Of a stretch of DNA of 64,000 bases, positions 59,389 to 64,000 are shown piece after piece (position 1 is the first letter of the stretch; every line of letters begins with the position of its first letter). Both the position numbers and the translations under genes were made by a program. The notes beneath the pieces are model-generated. The model ran no database searches. It worked only from the letters and a program-made list of their open reading frames with translations, and was not told the origin of the DNA. The DNA lies in the NCBI RefSeq assembly GCF_041905325.1, contig NZ_JAYRLK010000002.1, forward strand, positions 295,105 through 359,104. Reading direction: 5' to 3'. The DNA comes from Thermomonas sp. Lineage in GTDB: Bacteria > Pseudomonadota > Gammaproteobacteria > Xanthomonadales > Xanthomonadaceae.

Positions 59389-59475
59389 GGGCGACAACTC
59401 TTGCGGATTGGCCCGAGTGTAGCGCCGTACCATCGAGTATTGCTTCAGTGGGCGTTCGCCGTGGACACTGCGCGG

Positions 59476-60195
59476 ATGCAACGCCGTACCGATCTCCACG
59501 CGCGCCTGGCGCGGTCACTCGCGCTCCATCGCCGGCTGTTCGATGCGGGGCACGAACCCCGTAATGCATTGCCGTGGCTCAAGCCCTTGCAGGCGTGGCA
59601 GGCACGGCGTCTGGAGCGCAGTTTCGCCACCCTTCGCGCCGACCCGTCGCGGCGTGCGGCGGCGGATTTCTTCCTTGCCGATGTGTATGGAGACCAGGAT
59701 TTTCGCCAGCGCGATGCCGACATCGCGCGGGTGGTGCCGCGCATGCAGAAGGTGTTGCCGGCGGCGTTGCTGGAAACGCTGGCGGGCGGGATCGCGCTGG
59801 CCGCACTCAGCCATGCGCTCGACCTGCGGGTGGCGCAGGCATTGCAAGCGCTGGCCCCGCAGCCGGGGGCGCTGGATGTGGCGTTGTACGCCCGCGCCTA
59901 CCGGCAGGCAGGTCACCGTCGCTTGCGCGCGTTGCAAATCCGTTTGATCGGCGAGGTGGGGCAGGGCTTGGCGGATGCGTTGCGGATGCCCGGGGTGGGA
60001 CGCCTGTTGCGGCTGTCCCGGTTGCCCGCACGGGCGGCCGGGCTGGGCGCGTTGCAGTCCTTCCTCGAGCGTGGCTTTGCGGCATTCGCGGAGCTGGACG
60101 ATGCCGAGGCGTTCATTGCCGATATCTGCGTCGGCGAAACCCGGGTGATGCAGCGGTTGTTTGCCGCCGAGATGGACCCCTTCGGCTTCGGCTGA
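59476..60195 (+). CDS. All-helical hypothetical protein with an FFLADVYG motif (resembles 'FFLEELY motif' proteins)
   Basis: Trimmed from the TTG at 59401 to the ATG at 59476 (MQRRTDLHARLARS...). 239 aa, divergent from the patatin gene across an 87-nt spacer. The family resemblance rests only on the motif and is from memory. Confidence 0.5.
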   Translation: MQRRTDLHARLARSLALHRRLFDAGHEPRNALPWLKPLQAWQARRLERSFATLRADPSRRAAADFFLADVYGDQDFRQRDADIARVVPRMQKVLPAALLETLAGGIALAALSHALDLRVAQALQALAPQPGALDVALYARAYRQAGHRRLRALQIRLIGEVGQGLADALRMPGVGRLLRLSRLPARAAGLGALQSFLERGFAAFAELDDAEAFIADICVGETRVMQRLFAAEMDPFGFG

Positions 60196-60214
60196 AGGGC
60201 CCGCCCGCGCGGCG

Positions 60215-60997
60215 TCAGTGCGGCGCGAAGGCCAGCAGCGCAGTCAAGGCCACGGCCAGCAGCAGTGCCGCCACCAACAGCCACGGGATGCGCTGTGTCC
60301 AGTTGCGTTGCGGCAGGCTGGGGGGGGCGTCCGCTTCGGCGTGCACCTGCGGGCACGGGGGGGCGGCAACCCCGGGGGGCGGGCCTTCCAGCACGAACCG
60401 ATGGTGCACGCCGAACGTGAGCTGGTCGCCGTTGCGCAAGACCGCCTCGCGCACCGGCTGGCCGTTCAGCAGGACCTCGGAGGCGGTGCTGCGCAGGACC
60501 GCCTGGCCGCCCACCGCTTCCACCCACGCATGCTCGGCGGCTATGCCGTGGCCATCGATGCGCAGGTCGGCGTTGGCGGCGCTGCCGACCCGGCGGGGTT
60601 TTTCCAGGCTGAAGCTGCGCCCGTGGTGGGGGCCGCCGACACCCCGCAGGACCAGCCGCAGGTTGCCGGCGACATCCCGGGGCGCGGCCGGAGGGACGGG
60701 GCCGCGATCATCGTTGGCCGCCAGCAGCAGCAGTTCGTGTTCGTCCACGTGGATGCTGTCGCCGGCGCGCAGCATCGCCAGCTGGCGCACCGGACGGCCA
60801 TTGAGGTGCACCCCGCGCTGGTGGTCGGCCACCGTCATCCACGTGCCGCGGCGGTCATGGCAGAGCTGCAGCAGCCATGGCGCATCGGCATCCACCGGGG
60901 CCAGCCCGTCCGGGTGCAGGCCCAGCGCCACCATCCCGGTTTCCAGGGCAAGGTCGGGGCGGGGAGTGTTGCGGAAGCGCAGGCGCAAATCGTTCAT
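60215..60997 (-). CDS. Tandem FHA-domain protein with a C-terminal membrane anchor
   Basis: Start at ATG 60997 (MNDLRLRF), with 61015 as an alternative. There are two FHA-like units. Unit 1: GVHLNGRPVRQLAMLRAGDSIHV. Unit 2: GRSFSL...VGSAANADLRIDGHGIAAEHAWV...LLNGQPV...LRNGDQLTFG. The C-terminal TM is IPWLLVAALLLAVALTALLAF. Confidence 0.8.
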   Translation of the reverse strand: MNDLRLRFRNTPRPDLALETGMVALGLHPDGLAPVDADAPWLLQLCHDRRGTWMTVADHQRGVHLNGRPVRQLAMLRAGDSIHVDEHELLLLAANDDRGPVPPAAPRDVAGNLRLVLRGVGGPHHGRSFSLEKPRRVGSAANADLRIDGHGIAAEHAWVEAVGGQAVLRSTASEVLLNGQPVREAVLRNGDQLTFGVHHRFVLEGPPPGVAAPPCPQVHAEADAPPSLPQRNWTQRIPWLLVAALLLAVALTALLAFAPH

Positions 60998-61083
60998 CGT
61001 CGCGCAATCTAGCATGCGTGCGCGCCATTGTTCGCGCCCGGGCATCGCGGCAGAATGCGAGCCCCAGGCAACGTCCAGACGCC

Positions 61084-61356
61084 ATGTCCCGCATCGATAT
61101 CCGCCACCCCCACACGCTTCCCCTGGCGCAAGCCCGCAAGGCCATCGAGGAGGTGGCGGCGAAACTGGAGGACCGCTTCCAGATCGAATACCACTGGGAG
61201 GGCGATACCCTGCATTTCACCCGCAGCGGCATCGACGGCCATATCGCCCTGGAAGACCAGGCGCTGCACGTCACCGCCAAGCTGGGCTTCCTGCAGGCGA
61301 TGTTCAGGGACCCCATCGAGTCCGAGATCAAGCGGGTATTGGGCGAAAAATTCTGA
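61084..61356 (+). CDS. Putative polyhydroxyalkanoic acid system protein (PHA_gran_rgn type)
   Basis: Trimmed from 60877 to the ATG at 61084. The 90-aa sequence MSRIDIRHPHTLPLAQARKAIEEVAAKLEDRFQIEYHWEGDTLHFTRSGIDGHIALEDQALHVTAKLGFLQAMFRDPIESEIKRVLGEKF closely follows the pattern I remember for this family. Confidence 0.8.
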   Translation: MSRIDIRHPHTLPLAQARKAIEEVAAKLEDRFQIEYHWEGDTLHFTRSGIDGHIALEDQALHVTAKLGFLQAMFRDPIESEIKRVLGEKF

Positions 61357-61366
61357 CCGCTGGCGG

Positions 61367-61389
61367 CGTTTTCGCAGGATGCGAAAACG
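61367..61389 (+). terminator. Hairpin after the PHA-system gene (terminator candidate, no U-tract)
   Basis: Perfect 9-bp stem cgttttcgc / gcgaaaacg with loop aggat, 10 nt after the stop. Confidence 0.4.
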
Positions 61390-61473
61390 TCATGGACAGT
61401 TTCCGCGGCAACCGCATCCGCAAGCGTGCTGCGCTGCGGCATACTCGGACGTTTCCACCCGACGGATGCCCCG

Positions 61474-62559
61474 ATGTCACGCGCCTACAACTTCAGCCCC
61501 GGCCCCGCGATGCTGCCGGAACCCGTGTTGCGCCAAGCGCAGGCCACGATGCTGGAGTTCGGCGACTGCGGCGCGTCGATCCTCGAGATCAGCCATCGCG
61601 GCCCGGAGTTCATCAAGGTGGCGCAACAGGCCGAGGCCGACCTGCGCACCCTGCTGGCGATCCCCGACGACTACGCGGTGATCTTCACCGCCGGCGGCGC
61701 CACCACGGTGCAGGCGCTGCTGCCGCTGAACTTCGCCGCGCCCGGCCAGCCCTGCGACTACGTGGTCAGCGGCCACTGGGGCAAGACCGCGCTCAAGCAG
61801 GCGGCGCACTGCGTGGACGCCCGCACCGCCGTCAGCAGCGAGGCCGGCGGTTTCCGCGACGTACCGGCGCGCGCCGACTGGCAGCTTTCGCCCGACGCGG
61901 CCTACGTCCACGTCACCGCCAACGAAACCATCCACGGGGTCGAGTGGCCGGACATCCCCGACGCCGGCAATGCGCCGTTGATCGCCGACTTCAGCTCCTC
62001 CATCGGCTCCGAACCGCTGGACCTCGCCCGGTTCGGCGCGGTCTACGCCGGTGCGCAGAAGAACCTGGGCCCGGTCGGCATCAGCGTGCTGATCGTGCGC
62101 CGCGACTTGCTGGAACGCGCCGGTCAGCCGCGCGCGCCGATTTTCGACTACGCCGCGCAGGCGAAAGCCGATTCCATGCTGAACACCCCGCCGAGCTGGA
62201 ACTGGTACGTGCTCGGTCTGACCGTGAAGTGGATGCTGGAGGAAGGCGGCGTGGCCGAGTTCGCCCTCCGCAACGCGCGCAAGGCGGCGCTGCTGTACGC
62301 CGCCATCGACGGCTCCGGCGGCTATTACCGCAACGAGGTGGCGCCGGGCGCGCGTTCGCGCATGAACGTGCCGTTCTTCCTGCACGATCCTGCGCTGGAC
62401 AGGATCTTCCTCGATAAGGCGAAGCAGGCCGGGCTGGTGGCACTGAAGGGCCACCGCGTGCTCGGCGGCATGCGCGCCTCGCTCTACAACGCCATGCCGG
62501 AAGCCGGCGTGCAGGCACTGGTCGATTTCATGCGGGAGTTCCAGCAGGCCCATGGCTAA
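61474..62559 (+). CDS. serC: Phosphoserine aminotransferase
   Basis: Trimmed from 61426 to the ATG at 61474 ([23 protein letters not shown]). 361 aa, with [12 protein letters not shown] (PLP Lys). Confidence 0.93.
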   Translation: MSRAYNFSPGPAMLPEPVLRQAQATMLEFGDCGASILEISHRGPEFIKVAQQAEADLRTLLAIPDDYAVIFTAGGATTVQALLPLNFAAPGQPCDYVVSGHWGKTALKQAAHCVDARTAVSSEAGGFRDVPARADWQLSPDAAYVHVTANETIHGVEWPDIPDAGNAPLIADFSSSIGSEPLDLARFGAVYAGAQKNLGPVGISVLIVRRDLLERAGQPRAPIFDYAAQAKADSMLNTPPSWNWYVLGLTVKWMLEEGGVAEFALRNARKAALLYAAIDGSGGYYRNEVAPGARSRMNVPFFLHDPALDRIFLDKAKQAGLVALKGHRVLGGMRASLYNAMPEAGVQALVDFMREFQQAHG

Positions 62560-63778
62560 GAAAACCCCGACCACGACGAAAGCCACTTCGAAAAGGGGTG
62601 CGCAGAAGGCCGCGGGAAAGCCCGCGGAAAAGCCCGCGAAAAAGCCCGCGAAAAAGCCCGCGAAAAAGCCCGCGAAGAACGCCGTGGCTGTTGCCGAGCC
62701 CAAACTCGACCTGGCCCAGGTCCGCGCGCAGATCGACGGCATCGACCTGCAGATCCAGCAGCTGATCGCCGAGCGTGCCAACTGGGCGCACCAGGTCGGC
62801 CGGGCCAAGGGCAAGCTGGCGGCCGCGGTGGATTACTACCGTCCCGAGCGCGAGGCGCAGGTGCTGCGGCGGGTGGTGGACCGCAACGATGGCCCGCTGG
62901 CCGACGACGTGCTGGTCCGGCTGTTCCGGGAGGTCATGTCGGCCTGCCTGGCCCAGCAGGAGCCGTTGAAGATCGGCTACCTCGGCCCGGAGGGCACCTT
63001 CAGCCAGCAGGCGGTCTACAAGCATTTCGGCCATTCCGCGCACGGCCTGCCGCTGGGCAGCATCGAGGAGGTGTTCCAGGAGGTCGCCAGCGGCAGCGCC
63101 GACTTCGGGGTGGTGCCGGTGGAGAATTCGGGTCAGGGCACCATCCAGGTGACCCTGGATCTGTTCCTGACCTCGCCGCTGCGCATCTGCGGCGAGGTGG
63201 AGCTGCGCGTGCACCAGTACCTGCTCTCGCGCAGCGGGCGGCTGGAGGACGTGGAGCGCATCTTCGGCCATCCGCAGGCGCTGGCGCAGGCCGGTGGCTG
63301 GTTGCGCACCCACCTGCCGGGAGTGGAGAAGATCCCGACCTCCAGCAATGCCGAGGGCGCGCGGCGTGCGCGCAACGCCGACGATTCGGCAGCCATCGCC
63401 GGCGAGTCCGCGGCGGTGGTGTACGGCCTGCGCAAGATCGCCGGACCGATCGAGGACCGCAGCGACAACACCACCCGTTTCCTCGTGATCGGACGGCAAG
63501 CGTTCCCGCCGTCGGGCAACGACCGCACCTCCCTGCTGGTGTTCATCCGCGACCGCCCTGGCGCGCTGTACGGCGTGCTGGAGCCGCTGGCCCGCCGCGG
63601 CATCAGCATGAACCGGATCGAGTCGCGGCCCGAGCACGGCCACAAGTGGCAGTACGCGTTCTTCATCGACGTGGCCGGCCACTGCGAGGAGTCGCCGTTG
63701 AAGGACGCGCTGGCGGAAATCAACGCCGCCGGTGACGAAGTGCGCGTACTGGGTTCCTATCCGGTGGCGATCCTCTGA
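62552..63778 (+). CDS. pheA: Bifunctional chorismate mutase / prephenate dehydratase (P-protein), possibly with a Lys/Pro/Ala-rich N-terminal extension
   Basis: CM domain [28 protein letters not shown] domain [14 protein letters not shown] and TRFLVIG. ACT domain ESRP. The ATG at 62552 overlaps the serC stop by 8 nt. An in-frame GTG at 62684 would give a 364-aa protein without the extension, so the start is uncertain. Confidence 0.88.
   Translation: MAKKTPTTTKATSKRGAQKAAGKPAEKPAKKPAKKPAKKPAKNAVAVAEPKLDLAQVRAQIDGIDLQIQQLIAERANWAHQVGRAKGKLAAAVDYYRPEREAQVLRRVVDRNDGPLADDVLVRLFREVMSACLAQQEPLKIGYLGPEGTFSQQAVYKHFGHSAHGLPLGSIEEVFQEVASGSADFGVVPVENSGQGTIQVTLDLFLTSPLRICGEVELRVHQYLLSRSGRLEDVERIFGHPQALAQAGGWLRTHLPGVEKIPTSSNAEGARRARNADDSAAIAGESAAVVYGLRKIAGPIEDRSDNTTRFLVIGRQAFPPSGNDRTSLLVFIRDRPGALYGVLEPLARRGISMNRIESRPEHGHKWQYAFFIDVAGHCEESPLKDALAEINAAGDEVRVLGSYPVAIL
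62615..62674 (+). repeat. 12-bp tandem repeat (aaaaagcccgcg x3 perfect plus 2 degenerate copies) encoding [20 protein letters not shown]
   Basis: Copies counted at 62615, 62627, 62639, 62651 and 62663; the last three are identical. Confidence 0.9.
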
Positions 63779-63779
63779 G

Positions 63780-64000
63780 ATGATCGACTTCGCTTCGCTT
63801 GCCAACGCCGGCATCCGCGGACTGCGCGCCTACGATCCCGGCCACGATCTCGTCGCGCTGCGCCGCGCCGCGCCGCGGCCGCTGCTGGAGCTGGGCTCCA
63901 ACGAGAACCCCCTCGGCGCCAGTCCGCTGGCGGTCCGCGCCGCCATCGCCGCGCTGGCCGGCGCGCATGTGTATCCCGATCCGCTGGGCGGCGACCTGAA
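63780..64000 (+). CDS. hisC: Histidinol-phosphate/aromatic aminotransferase (class II), N-terminal 73 codons; continues beyond the window
   Basis: Not in the ORF track (edge-truncated). Hand translation from the ATG at 63780 gives MIDFASLANAGIRGLRAYDPGHDLVALRRAAPRPLLELGSNENPLGASPLAVRAAIAALAGAHVYPDPLGGDL. The YxPG, SNENPLG and YPDP blocks, plus the position after serC-pheA, fit the known supraoperon order. Confidence 0.75.
   Translation, partial: MIDFASLANAGIRGLRAYDPGHDLVALRRAAPRPLLELGSNENPLGASPLAVRAAIAALAGAHVYPDPLGGDL

Noticed and set aside
59574-62417. 947-aa plus-strand ORF
   Set aside because: It runs antisense through the FHA gene and out of frame through the PHA-system gene and serC. 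It has no motifs and is Arg/Ala/Gly/Pro-rich.

Overview
This is a very GC-rich chromosomal core segment. Gene content and protein sequences look like a Xanthomonadales/Lysobacterales-type gammaproteobacterium: GyrA with Gln83, a split MetH behind a SahR-like regulator, a ~1650-aa NAD-glutamate dehydrogenase, and the start of a serC-pheA-hisC supraoperon. All homology calls come from motifs I recognise in the translations; no database search was run.

I can support about 50 protein-coding genes, nearly all housekeeping. In window order they are:
- an edge-truncated M13 peptidase (missing from the ORF track), a POT peptide transporter, gyrA, alpha-2-macroglobulin + pbpC, a Prx5-type peroxiredoxin, cbpA and a CheY-like receiver;
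- a membrane-protein/LOG/AcuI operon, sucA-sucB-lpdA, roxA plus an unknown partner, purB and fumC;
- a YtrA-type GntR/ABC module, two Mip-like FKBPs, ugd-slyX and a DUF2058 protein;
- sahR plus split metH, an acyl-CoA dehydrogenase, gdhB and nadK;
- a CHASE-PAS-GGDEF-EAL protein coupled to a 5'-nucleotidase, a DUF2939 protein and sbcB;
- TetR-ACBP, a two-domain fatty-acyl reductase-like protein, and a membrane Mrr-cat protein;
- a phasin/patatin/FHA/PHA-system cluster, then serC-pheA-hisC (edge-truncated).

I recognised no rRNA, tRNA, CRISPR array, transposase, integrase or obvious phage/defence island. All intergenic spacers are short (under about 270 nt). Many genes are translationally coupled by ATGA/GTGA overlaps.

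A large share of the supplied ORFs are antisense or read-through artefacts typical of high-GC DNA, and I trimmed or rejected them.

Nothing here is a clear-cut novel system. The most system-like, under-described candidates are:
1. the secreted-peptide/YtrA/ABC/DUF2884 module (27.8-31.1 kb);
2. the GGDEF-EAL gene overlapping a cN-IA-like 5'-nucleotidase (47.5-51.0 kb);
3. the lipid/PHA-granule neighbourhood (53.2-61.4 kb), which includes a membrane-tethered Mrr-cat protein with a degenerate catalytic motif;
4. a GC-rich palindromic unit sitting in frame inside metH.
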